A stretch of DNA of 64,000 nucleotides. Source: Bacteroidota bacterium (GTDB taxonomy: Bacteria > Bacteroidota > Bacteroidia > B-17B0 > Aurantibacillaceae). Numbering within the stretch: the stretch's first letter is position 1; each line of letters starts with the position of its first letter. Location of the stretch: contig JAZKDT010000059.1 of NCBI GenBank assembly GCA_040387475.1, positions 10,239 through 74,238 on the forward strand. The letters run 5' to 3'. The translations under genes were made by a program, and so were the position numbers. Below the pieces are notes generated by a model, which ran no database searches, was not told where the DNA came from, and saw nothing but the letters and a program-made list of their open reading frames with translations. Of the stretch, positions 40,118 to 49,496 are shown one piece after another.

Positions 40118-40678
40118 TTGTTAGTGTTTACTTATAAAAATAGCCTGTTTTCTGCACTTTTAGTTCTCCCGTGCTTGTTAACAATGGCTCAGGACGACTA
40201 CACGGGCCCAAAAGCCAGGGATTATACTAAAGATCCTGCTAAAAACGCGGCTTTTATTGAACTGGGAGGAAATGCAGGCTTGTATTCCTTGAATTTTGAA
40301 CGCATTTACTATTACCGTGAAAAACTTAAAATAAGTGGCCGTTTGGGATTTGCGCCCAGCTTTAACGGAATCTATATTGAACAGATCTATCTTTTAGAAA
40401 ACAATTTTATCCTATTTTCAAATCCACATCACCTGGAATTGGGCCTTGGAGCTACCCTGCAACGTCGTTATAATGAACGCCCCGGTTTTCCTGATAATTA
40501 TTTCTGGGAGAATATCATTTTTGGCGCAGGTCGTGTTGGCTATCGTTATCAGAAACAGGATGACGGATTTTTTATCCGAGGTGCCTTAACGCCCATCTTT
40601 ATGAGCAATGATGCTTTGGGGTTTCATTCTGATTATTTTCAGTTTTGGGCTGGAGTAAGCGTTGGGGCAAGTTTTTAA
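40118..40678 (+). CDS. Hypothetical secreted protein (possible small OM beta-barrel)
   Basis: Apparent TTG start, signal peptide ending TMAQ, alternating hydrophobic pattern and a terminal aromatic residue (GASF). Confidence 0.4.
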   Translation: MLVFTYKNSLFSALLVLPCLLTMAQDDYTGPKARDYTKDPAKNAAFIELGGNAGLYSLNFERIYYYREKLKISGRLGFAPSFNGIYIEQIYLLENNFILFSNPHHLELGLGATLQRRYNERPGFPDNYFWENIIFGAGRVGYRYQKQDDGFFIRGALTPIFMSNDALGFHSDYFQFWAGVSVGASF

Positions 40679-40692
40679 AACACCTTAACAAT

Positions 40693-40810
40693 TGTATTTT
40701 CGAGTAACATTTACTTGTTCTTTATAAATGTGTATCGAGAAGTATTTTGATAAGCAGTTCTCGATACAATTTTTTGCGAGATGCAGGCAAAAAAATCATT
40801 CGAACTGCCA
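40693..40810. repeat. MITE/REP-like palindromic intergenic element, copy 2
   Basis: TGTATTTTCGAGTAACATTT...GTATCGAGAAG-N-TTCTCGATAC...AGGCAAAAAAATCATTCGAACTGCCA is collinear with copy 1 at 19366-19473. Confidence 0.7.
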
Positions 40811-40815
40811 AACAC

Positions 40816-42222
40816 TTATTTATTTAATTCCATCTGCAGTTGATACTTCAAAGATTTTAGCTTTAAATAAGGGATCTTCAGTAAGTTTTTATTCTTTGTT
40901 TGCAGATATACTTCGTTCATAACCCATTGAATAGCATATTGGTAATATTGTTTGGGATGAGTGCGTTTAAAATCAATGTCTCGGTCGGTCGATGTTTCCC
41001 ACTCCAGGCGCTGATCCAAAAATTCATTTTTTACTTCGTTGTATAATTCCGTTCCTTTGATGGGATACGCAACTGTGATGGTATACTGCGAAGGATTAGA
41101 TTGCACCAAATGTTCGATCGTTTCTTTAATATCATCTTTGGTTTCTCCTGGATAACCCAACATGATAAACGTTCCTGCTTCCAGGCCATGCTGCTTAGCA
41201 AGGTTTATCATCTGTCGTGTTTGCATCACATCCACTCGTCTATCCATAGCATCGATTATTTTTTGAGAACCACTTTCGGCACCAACCCAAACCCTAAAAC
41301 AACCGCTCGCTTTTAAAGTTTTGATCACCTCTTCATTTAACCTATCCGCACGCGAAATAATTTCATAAGGGATGCCCGCGCCCTGCTTTTTTACCTCTTC
41401 TGCAAATTCGTTTAGCCACTTATGATGAATGGTGAACACGTCGTCCACAAACCAAATCATATCAGGATTGTAAATATCTTTGATTTGTTTCATTTCCTGT
41501 GCAACTAATTGCGGAGAACGTCGCCGATAGGTGCCGCCATATACAGCGCGACTGCACCATTTGCAGGTATACGGACAACCACGCATGGTATTGACGCTCA
41601 TCATACTATAACCGTGGTGGTTTTTCCATCCATTCAAATAAGGCGTGAAATCAATCTTCTGGCGGTTTGGAAATGGCAATGTGTTCACATCCTTTATTAA
41701 AGCGCGTTCAGGAGTGGTAATTACTTTTCCATTTTCTAAATAAGCAATTCCTTTGATTGAGGACAAAGCGTCGCTTCTCGACTTCGCTCGAAGTGACAGG
41801 TCTGTCGTTGTGTTTAAAAATTGAATCAGTTCCAGTGTTGTTTCTTCGCCTTCGCCGATGATAATAAAGTCTCCGCCGTAATTCAAAAAATTCTCCGTGT
41901 GATTTCTTACTTCCGGTCCGCCCAAAATAACCTTAGTATGGCTCAACGTATTTTGCGATCGAATGAATTTTATGATCTTCAAAACGTTGAGCTTTGTCAT
42001 TAGGTTAGTATAAATAGCAATCACATCCGGTTTTTGATCCAGTAAGTTTTCTTTAAGTTTATCGAGCGTTGAAAATGTAGAATCAAACACCTCATTTTCG
42101 AAACCATGTTTTTCTATGAATGAGGAAATATATAATATACCCAATGGCACATATGGCCGCATGATCTGAAGTTCTTTCGGATCTTCGCTTAAAAAATAAC
42201 CATGTGTAAAAAGGATCTTCAT
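40816..42222 (-). CDS. B12-binding-domain radical SAM protein (class B), subfamily 2
   Basis: N-terminal Rossmann-like MKILFTHGYFL...PYVPLGILYISSF and the radical SAM cluster motif RGCPYTCKWC (CX3CX2C). Confidence 0.8.
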   Translation of the reverse strand: MKILFTHGYFLSEDPKELQIMRPYVPLGILYISSFIEKHGFENEVFDSTFSTLDKLKENLLDQKPDVIAIYTNLMTKLNVLKIIKFIRSQNTLSHTKVILGGPEVRNHTENFLNYGGDFIIIGEGEETTLELIQFLNTTTDLSLRAKSRSDALSSIKGIAYLENGKVITTPERALIKDVNTLPFPNRQKIDFTPYLNGWKNHHGYSMMSVNTMRGCPYTCKWCSRAVYGGTYRRRSPQLVAQEMKQIKDIYNPDMIWFVDDVFTIHHKWLNEFAEEVKKQGAGIPYEIISRADRLNEEVIKTLKASGCFRVWVGAESGSQKIIDAMDRRVDVMQTRQMINLAKQHGLEAGTFIMLGYPGETKDDIKETIEHLVQSNPSQYTITVAYPIKGTELYNEVKNEFLDQRLEWETSTDRDIDFKRTHPKQYYQYAIQWVMNEVYLQTKNKNLLKIPYLKLKSLKYQLQMELNK

Positions 42223-43004
42223 TATTTCTTTTTAAAGGTAATGATATAATGATCAGCAAAATTGGAAAAAAACGAAAATGAACACATACGATCAGCGAAA
42301 CGTAATACGTTCAAAAACAATTGTCTCTTTAAAAAATACGGTTCCAAATAGGAAGGCGGCACAAATAATCCAATTGGCTTCGATATTATACATTCATAAT
42401 CGTCGCCAAATAATTCTTTAAAATATTCAGGACTGTAATAATAGGTTTTAAATTTCTCATCATTGATAATGGTCTCAACTCCTGTTTTATTTTGACGGCG
42501 AATCGATCTATCCTTATCTTTTTTGAGTGCAAAATAAAAGCGTTCCCATAAACATTGTGTTCCCATAATAACAAATACTAATTGATCACCTTTTTTTTGA
42601 AGAGAATCACAGCCGTTCCTAAATTGTATGAGTTCATTAGCATTAAGGCAATTTAATCCGCCAAAATTGGAAAAAATTAAATCATATTTATCTTTTTCCA
42701 AGGAACCAATGTGAATACAGTTCAATTGTCTGAATTCAACCTTCTTTGTTTTTTGCTTCGCCACCTCTATCATCCCTTCAGAAATATCAGTACCTAATAC
42801 CTCTACGCCTTTTTTGGAAAACCACAAGGCATCTTCACCTGTTCCGCAATTAACTTCCAGTACTTGCTTTATATTATTTTCAATAACTTTTCTTAATTGC
42901 CTGCGCACCTGGTCACGTTGAGCCTCACCAATCATTGAATAGGTAAAATGATTGTCATAATTTATGGCGTAACTATCAAAGGCTTGCGGCTGCAATGGGC
43001 TCAA
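42222..43004 (-). CDS. Class I SAM-dependent methyltransferase
   Basis: Motif I VLEVNCGTGEDALWF, post-I VLGTDIS and later DLIFSNFGGLN. Confidence 0.75.
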   Translation of the reverse strand: MSPLQPQAFDSYAINYDNHFTYSMIGEAQRDQVRRQLRKVIENNIKQVLEVNCGTGEDALWFSKKGVEVLGTDISEGMIEVAKQKTKKVEFRQLNCIHIGSLEKDKYDLIFSNFGGLNCLNANELIQFRNGCDSLQKKGDQLVFVIMGTQCLWERFYFALKKDKDRSIRRQNKTGVETIINDEKFKTYYYSPEYFKELFGDDYECIISKPIGLFVPPSYLEPYFLKRQLFLNVLRFADRMCSFSFFSNFADHYIITFKKK

Positions 43005-44436
43005 TTTTTTTTAGTCTTTGTTTTTCTATTTGTTCACCTGGTATCATTTTTAAAAGCGATATTGCATTTTTAAAATGTTGCTTGGTAGGAGATAATAACA
43101 ACTGTTTAGCAGACGCAAAGCCCACATGCTTACGGTATCGCTTGTGAATATAACGTTGCAGCTGTTTATAAAAATCTTTATGATAGGTGTTTTTAAACAT
43201 CATGTCTAAATCGTCACTATCTGTCCAATTACTTTTTTCCTTTAATTGTTCTTTTACCTTCTCATAAAATAATGTGCCGGGTAAAGGGTACGATACCGAA
43301 ATACCGATATCATCGGGCAAAAGATCTTCAACCATCTTAACGGTTAACTTAATATCATCTATGGTTTCGCTCAAATATCCAAGTTGAAGAAATAATGAAA
43401 CCTGAATATGATGTTTTTGTAAAAGTTTAGTGGCTTCGTAAATCTGCTCCACTTTTGTGCCTTTATCCATAGCGTCCAATATTTTTTGAGAGCCACTCTC
43501 TGCACCCATCCAAACCATCGTACAGCCGCTACTGGCCAAATGTTTCATATTGTCTTCCTCTAATAATAAATCGGCCCGGCTTTGTATTTTATAACTAATC
43601 TTTACTTTTTCCCTGATTATATAATAATCGAACTCCTTTAACCAGTTTGGCTTCAATCCAAAAATATCGTCGGCAAACCAAATGTGAGTAAAACCAAATT
43701 GCTGTTGCCATTTCTTAATTTCCAAAACTATATTTTCGGGACTATGAGAATTATAACGGTTACCATAAATAGGTTTTGCACACCAATTACATTTATAAGG
43801 ACAGCCGCGAGTGGTTACAAAATTCAAAGAAAAATAACCGTGGTTTTGCATCCACATATTTTTGTATCCGGATATATCTATCAGGTCCCATGCCGGCGAA
43901 GGCAATACATCCAAATCTTTAAGAACGACCCGGGGACTTGTTCTAATTAGCTGTTTATCATTCAAAAATGCGATCCCTTTTATAGAAGTTGTCGACTGCT
44001 CAGCTTTAAATGCATTACATAATTCCAAAACCGTTTGTTCAGCTTCACCAATTACAACTACATCTGCACCATGGTTTAAATAATCAATTATATGATCTGT
44101 AGCATCCGAACTCGAAACGATGACTTTGCAACCTTTGCTTTTAGCGTACGCCTGCATATCAAAACACGCTTCCCGCATATTAGTGAGACACATTTTAGTG
44201 AGGTAATTAAATCCGTCATCATAACTGATAAAAACATCGGGTTTAAACTCATCAATGGTTGAACGAATATCAAAAGCCGAATAACAAAACATCGTGTCAA
44301 ATAATTTAACGTCGTAACCATTCTCCCGCAAATAAGACATGCCATATAGTGTTCCTAAAGGAGGATAAGGCATAGCTGTTTTCAACTGCTTAGCATCAAA
44401 TCTTAAAAAATAACTATGGGTAAATAGAACCTTCAC
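42976..44436 (-). CDS. B12-binding-domain radical SAM protein (class B), subfamily 2
   Basis: MKVLFTHSYFL...PYPPLGTLYGMSY and TRGCPYKCNWC. It is a paralog of 40816-42222. Confidence 0.8.
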   Translation of the reverse strand: MKVLFTHSYFLRFDAKQLKTAMPYPPLGTLYGMSYLRENGYDVKLFDTMFCYSAFDIRSTIDEFKPDVFISYDDGFNYLTKMCLTNMREACFDMQAYAKSKGCKVIVSSSDATDHIIDYLNHGADVVVIGEAEQTVLELCNAFKAEQSTTSIKGIAFLNDKQLIRTSPRVVLKDLDVLPSPAWDLIDISGYKNMWMQNHGYFSLNFVTTRGCPYKCNWCAKPIYGNRYNSHSPENIVLEIKKWQQQFGFTHIWFADDIFGLKPNWLKEFDYYIIREKVKISYKIQSRADLLLEEDNMKHLASSGCTMVWMGAESGSQKILDAMDKGTKVEQIYEATKLLQKHHIQVSLFLQLGYLSETIDDIKLTVKMVEDLLPDDIGISVSYPLPGTLFYEKVKEQLKEKSNWTDSDDLDMMFKNTYHKDFYKQLQRYIHKRYRKHVGFASAKQLLLSPTKQHFKNAISLLKMIPGEQIEKQRLKKIEPIAAASL

Positions 44437-44440
44437 TGAA

Positions 44441-45370
44441 TTATAAGTCTATTTGAAATTGATTAGCAAAAGTCACTATTTTCTCCTGCCATAAAGTCAA
44501 CACTTTGTTTTGATATCCTTTTGAATGGTATTTGCAAACATGCTTTCTCGAACGAAACTGAAGATCAAAATCTTCACGGCTCAATTCAGGGTGCTTTTTT
44601 CGCCAGTGTTTTAATGTCATATAGAGTAATTTATCGTCAACCCAATTTCCAAATTTTCCCAAAAACAAAAATTCAATCCATTTTTTATACCAGGGCGAAG
44701 GCGTTTCAATACAATGGAGTCCGGACGATTCCGACTTATTCAAAAACTTAGTTTTATACCAGCTATTATCTTTCAATATCCTTTTATAGACGGGATAATT
44801 AACTGTTGGTAATAAATAAGCCAGCTCAGTAGCTACGAAATCATTCTTATCAGGAATTAGAAGATCTTTCTCTGATATAAAATAATTTAAACAGAAATTA
44901 TCTTTATTTTTTTTTGATAAGGTCTTATAATATAAAATAAATATGGTACGGCATATCCATAAACGATTGGCTTTGGTGATAACAAAATAATCTATATCGC
45001 TGTATTCATCATAATAGTTTTTCGATAATCCTCCTGAAATACAGATGCCGGAAATAAAAGGAAAACTCGCTATCCTTTTACTATAACGATACGCTTTAGG
45101 CATAGTTTTTATAGCTTCGGCATTTCCTTTTAACCGCCGGGCAATATTAGCAAACGATGCTGAAGGAAGTAAGTAAAATCCTTGTTCCTCTTTAACGAAA
45201 CCCTCCTCTATTAAACATTGCATATCTGCCATGAGATCATCTTTACCAACAATTACAGGCATATTCTCAAATACCTCATCAAATTTTAATGGATAATTAA
45301 ATACATCAAAATATAACAAGGTCTTTAATACGTTTTTCTGATTTAAATTAATAGTAAACGTTTGAATCAA
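44441..45370 (-). CDS. Nucleotidyltransferase-fold (Pol-beta-like) protein, function unknown
   Basis: ISGGLSKNYYDEYSDIDYFVI fits the hG[GS]x9-13Dh[DE]h signature. The start appears to be TTG. Confidence 0.5.
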   Translation of the reverse strand: MIQTFTINLNQKNVLKTLLYFDVFNYPLKFDEVFENMPVIVGKDDLMADMQCLIEEGFVKEEQGFYLLPSASFANIARRLKGNAEAIKTMPKAYRYSKRIASFPFISGICISGGLSKNYYDEYSDIDYFVITKANRLWICRTIFILYYKTLSKKNKDNFCLNYFISEKDLLIPDKNDFVATELAYLLPTVNYPVYKRILKDNSWYKTKFLNKSESSGLHCIETPSPWYKKWIEFLFLGKFGNWVDDKLLYMTLKHWRKKHPELSREDFDLQFRSRKHVCKYHSKGYQNKVLTLWQEKIVTFANQFQIDL

Positions 45371-45392
45371 ATGGTCATAGTTTTATTACCAT

Positions 45393-46079
45393 CTAAGATA
45401 CGCTAATCAGCGTGATTTTAAAAATAAAATTGGTTTCCCATTTAATCTTTTTATGCACAAGTAATTCTAACGAAAACTGATGCAATTTTGCGATATGTTT
45501 AATTTCATCAATCTCGCAATTGTCGGCTAAAATCATATAAACACTACTTTCGACATGTATATAGTTTTTTAAAGCCGAAAATAACTTAACAAAATATTCA
45601 CCATTTTTTCCGCAATTCCACGCCAGCTGATCAATACTTTTAACATCCTCAAAAAAATAAGGAGGGTTAATCACAACAACATCAAATTTAAATACCTGAA
45701 TAGCATCAAATAAATCACTTTTTAAAACAGATACATTTGTTGTGACTTTTCCAAAGTTTATCTCAAAGTTCAGTTTGGTGCAATCAATGGCTACTGCATT
45801 AATGTCACATGTAGTAACAATTGCTTCTTTTTTATACGCTAATAAACTGATAAGGCCTGATCCGCAACCAATTTCCAGGAAATGCTTATTAGTTATATCC
45901 AGTGTAGAAACAAAATCAAATAAATATGTACTACTGAAGAAGAATTTAGGATGAAAAACCGTTGGTCTGATGACTAGTTTAAACCCACGTACTGTATCGG
46001 TTCTTTCTTTTTTTAAATACCAAAGCACATACGGTTTGACAAAGGTTTGCACGTATATTTTCTGAAGACGATCCAGCAT
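45393..46079 (-). CDS. Class I SAM methyltransferase with an NPPY motif (N-methyltransferase type, HemK/RsmC-like)
   Basis: Motif I FLEIGCGSGLISL and motif IV FDVVVINPPYF. Confidence 0.75.
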   Translation of the reverse strand: MLDRLQKIYVQTFVKPYVLWYLKKERTDTVRGFKLVIRPTVFHPKFFFSSTYLFDFVSTLDITNKHFLEIGCGSGLISLLAYKKEAIVTTCDINAVAIDCTKLNFEINFGKVTTNVSVLKSDLFDAIQVFKFDVVVINPPYFFEDVKSIDQLAWNCGKNGEYFVKLFSALKNYIHVESSVYMILADNCEIDEIKHIAKLHQFSLELLVHKKIKWETNFIFKITLISVS

Positions 46080-46080
46080 A

Positions 46081-47577
46081 CTAAAATCCTTCAGTTTCAG
46101 GTTGCCTGTATTTCCATACCCGTTGCAAGAAACTTATTTCTTTTGGAAAAGTATATAAGCTGCTTTTGTATCTCCAGCTGCTTAAAGTTTTTAAAATGAG
46201 CTTTTTCGACGTGGATAAACGTATATCAGAATTAGAAGGATAATACCCGTTCAATACTGTTTCAAACTGTTTGATCTTATCGATCATGTATGGCTTTAAC
46301 CAGGGGGTTAACGGGTTTTTACGAAGATCAAAATTTTCCCACGCAGGACTGATCCAATCTTCTAAAGTTTCAGGGAATTTAAAGCCGCTATCTAATACCT
46401 GTTTATACATATCAGATCCTTCTGTAGGGACCGGACTATAGGTGTAAATTATAATTTCTGTTTTAGGATTAATAGCTTTTACTTTTTTAATAAAAGTAAT
46501 ATCCTCCTCAATTTGTTTGTTCACCTGTTCTTCTGTATCTCCCGGAATTCCCAGCACAAAAGAATATTCAGGAATGATGTCGAATTTTTTTAAACGTTCG
46601 GCAAATTTTAAAATCTGAGCTCCGGTTTGCGTGCCCCCCTTGTCCATTTTTTTCAAAACTTCGTCATTACCTGTTTCCGCACCGAAAAAAATCATCTTGC
46701 ATCCCGATTTTCGAATAGCTGCTAAAGATTCGTCTTTATATTTATCCATGGTGTCGATACGTGCTTCGCCCCACCAAACCATGTTTTCTTTTTCAATCAA
46801 CTTAGCAAATTCAACGGTTCGTTTTTCAGAAACAAAAAAATTGTTATCATGAAATTCAATAGAATCTGCATGATAAGTATCTTTCAGTAGCTTCACATCA
46901 TCATAGATCCCTTGTGCCGATTTACCTTTCCAGCGGGCGTTATAAATAGGCACAACTGCGCAAAACGAACAAGTGAATGGGCAACCAAAGCTACTATGAT
47001 AAGCGATCGTTCTTTTTCCTAAATACGTTTTGGGTAGTACTTTTTGAAGTGAGTAGAAGTTGTTTAGTTTATTATAAGGCAACGCTGGCAATTTATCCAG
47101 ATCCAATAATTCTTCTTTAGCTGTTTTTACAATTTGCCCGTCCTTTTTATAGATCAGGTTCTTGATATTATTAACCGGCAACTTATTTTCTATTGCATTT
47201 ATCAATTGAGGAAAAGTGTTATCGCCAGGCCCATTTACTATATAATCTACATAACCAGAATTTAAATTAACTGCATATTGATTAGAAGCAAAGTAACCTC
47301 CGAAAATTATTTTGATATGCGGATAATTCTCTCTGATCTTTTTTGTGAAAGGAATGGCCTGCTTCAATTGCGGGCCAGGCATGACCGTACAAGCAAAATA
47401 ACTAATCTTACCAGTACATAAATGCCCTTCAATTACAGCCCATGGATCTTTTTCTAAATTCCCATCTACAATAACCCAATCATAAATTCCATCAATACTA
47501 GCCGCTATTTGCAACACACTATTGGGTATGCGCGGATTGTGATTGGTAGCTCGTGGATTAAATAAAAGGATCGACAT
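46081..47577 (-). CDS. B12-binding-domain radical SAM protein (class B), subfamily 1
   Basis: MSILLFNPRA...VIVDGNLEKDP and SSFGCPFTCSFCA (CX3CX2C). Confidence 0.8.
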   Translation of the reverse strand: MSILLFNPRATNHNPRIPNSVLQIAASIDGIYDWVIVDGNLEKDPWAVIEGHLCTGKISYFACTVMPGPQLKQAIPFTKKIRENYPHIKIIFGGYFASNQYAVNLNSGYVDYIVNGPGDNTFPQLINAIENKLPVNNIKNLIYKKDGQIVKTAKEELLDLDKLPALPYNKLNNFYSLQKVLPKTYLGKRTIAYHSSFGCPFTCSFCAVVPIYNARWKGKSAQGIYDDVKLLKDTYHADSIEFHDNNFFVSEKRTVEFAKLIEKENMVWWGEARIDTMDKYKDESLAAIRKSGCKMIFFGAETGNDEVLKKMDKGGTQTGAQILKFAERLKKFDIIPEYSFVLGIPGDTEEQVNKQIEEDITFIKKVKAINPKTEIIIYTYSPVPTEGSDMYKQVLDSGFKFPETLEDWISPAWENFDLRKNPLTPWLKPYMIDKIKQFETVLNGYYPSNSDIRLSTSKKLILKTLSSWRYKSSLYTFPKEISFLQRVWKYRQPETEGF

Positions 47578-48404
47578 TATGAATTGATAAAATATAAAAT
47601 TCCGCTTTTTTCTTTTTTCAGGAACTTTTTTATTAGACCCGGAACAGAAAATTTATAGGATATGAATTTAAAGCTATTTTTTGAAAATTGATCGAGGTCT
47701 TCATAACTAAAATACCCTTTAGAAGGATAAAAACGAATGTTAAACTCATAACGTTCTTTAAAATAGGCATTTGTGGTCGTAATCTCTGACTCTTTAACAG
47801 CTACACTTTTATAAAATGTATTTCCCAGAATTAAAAGAATTCCATTCTTTTTAAGCAACCTTTTATATTTCTCAATTAATTGCACCGGATCTGTATAAAA
47901 CTGCAGGCAATGGTTAAAAACGATCATGTCAAACTGTGTTGCATACATCTCTGTTTGTAACACATCGGTCTGAATAGATAGCCAGTTTGCTGATGAGAAA
48001 TGCTTTTTTGATCCCAATCCATTATACTCATCATCAAAAATATCTGCAGTTATAACTATTGCGTTAGTTTTAGATAAATAATTTGTTAACCATCCGTTCC
48101 AACCCCCAATTTCAAGTACATGAGTTTTGGAATTTAAATACTTAGAAAAATATTCTTTTAATGTTATAAGATCCTGTTTCCTGGTAAAGGTCTCAGATGC
48201 TAATTCGTTAATATCAACTTCAGGAAAGTTCTCATACAAATGAAAAGGCAAACGATAATTGTTTTCCTTTATTTGAATTTCCGTAAAACGATCCAGAAAA
48301 GATCGCAATTGCTTATTAAATTCAGCAGAAGTAATTGTATGAATACCATCATGAGATTCTAGTTCGTGATCTTCAGGTACTTTTATAAATTCACGAATAT
48401 TCAT
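47577..48404 (-). CDS. Class I SAM-dependent methyltransferase (divergent motif I)
   Basis: HVLEIGGWNGWLTNYL, VITADIF and FDMIVFNHCLQF. Confidence 0.65.
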   Translation of the reverse strand: MNIREFIKVPEDHELESHDGIHTITSAEFNKQLRSFLDRFTEIQIKENNYRLPFHLYENFPEVDINELASETFTRKQDLITLKEYFSKYLNSKTHVLEIGGWNGWLTNYLSKTNAIVITADIFDDEYNGLGSKKHFSSANWLSIQTDVLQTEMYATQFDMIVFNHCLQFYTDPVQLIEKYKRLLKKNGILLILGNTFYKSVAVKESEITTTNAYFKERYEFNIRFYPSKGYFSYEDLDQFSKNSFKFISYKFSVPGLIKKFLKKEKSGILYFINS

Positions 48405-48407
48405 GGC

Positions 48408-49490
48408 CTAATTTGAAAACGCGCTGCAACATCTGCTGCAGGCTGGCAATAAGCCTCCTTCATTCGCAACTGTTTTCCTGAATTTGGCAATAATCTTGCT
48501 GTTCCATATCTCTTTTAAATTTTCCTGATATAAGTTACCAATAGTTAAATTATAGCAGCGGCCATGGGCGGGAATAACATCCCCATTAGATTTTATCATT
48601 ACCGCCGTGAAAATATCGTAACATTTTTTGCCATATAATTTTTCAGGTTCATGGTAAAAAGAATACATTGTCTGACGATCGCTTATTTCTGGCGAAAAAG
48701 AAACTCTGAATGGATAGGTTGTTTTTTTTATTTCTTCAATTTCAGAAAAAAGAGTTTTCAGGTCATACTGATTCAGATCAATATCCTTCATATTAGAAGC
48801 GGTTGCAAAATATTCTTTTCCAAAACGAATATTATGGTCATCTGCAACTCCATCGGGCGTGTAGTTTGTATGCATAAAGCCAATTTGCTCAAATGGATAA
48901 TCTCTAAAATGGTCTAGAAATTCTTTTAATCGTCCTATATTCCATTGTGTAATCACGCAAAACAAAGAGATCTTCGGGCGTTTTGGTTGTGAAAATAAAT
49001 AATCAATTCCTTCTACTGCTTTTTCAAACGACTTACTATAGCCTCTGATTTCATTATGTATATCAGCGGGTCCGTCCAAAGAAACGTATAATTCGTTAAG
49101 ACCTCCATCAATTAATTTGTCTGCCCATTTCTTTAAGGAAAGCGCATTGGTTGTGATACTGGTAAACAGTTTTTTCTGTGATGCGTATTTTAACGATTCG
49201 TATAAATGACTATAAACCAAAGGTTCCGTAAATGCATAGCCTAATTTCGTATTTGGATAATACATCGCAGCCTGATCTGCTATTTTTCTAAATAGCTCCA
49301 TTGGCATGTGCAAAGGAGTTGTGCCCACTAAATTTTGATAAAAATTACTGTCGCTGTAATCAACACCTACGTCACACATTTTGCAATGCAGGTTGCAGGT
49401 ATTATTAACGCCTAATACTAACCAATCTGGCCCATAAAATAATTTTTGTGGAATATGTTTTTGATTGAGATATTTAAGCTTATCGATCAT
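48408..49490 (-). CDS. Radical SAM protein with a SPASM/twitch-like C-terminal Cys cluster
   Basis: GVNNTCNLHCKMCD (CX3CX2C), a core YVSLDGPADIHNEIRG, and C-terminal GRCYN...LPACSRCCSAF. Confidence 0.75.
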   Translation of the reverse strand: MIDKLKYLNQKHIPQKLFYGPDWLVLGVNNTCNLHCKMCDVGVDYSDSNFYQNLVGTTPLHMPMELFRKIADQAAMYYPNTKLGYAFTEPLVYSHLYESLKYASQKKLFTSITTNALSLKKWADKLIDGGLNELYVSLDGPADIHNEIRGYSKSFEKAVEGIDYLFSQPKRPKISLFCVITQWNIGRLKEFLDHFRDYPFEQIGFMHTNYTPDGVADDHNIRFGKEYFATASNMKDIDLNQYDLKTLFSEIEEIKKTTYPFRVSFSPEISDRQTMYSFYHEPEKLYGKKCYDIFTAVMIKSNGDVIPAHGRCYNLTIGNLYQENLKEIWNSKIIAKFRKTVANEGGLLPACSRCCSAFSN

Positions 49491-49496
49491 TTTAGG

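Noticed and set aside
40728-40922. 64-aa plus-strand ORF
   Set aside because: It spans the palindromic repeat element and the 3' end of the convergent radical SAM gene, and has no independent support.
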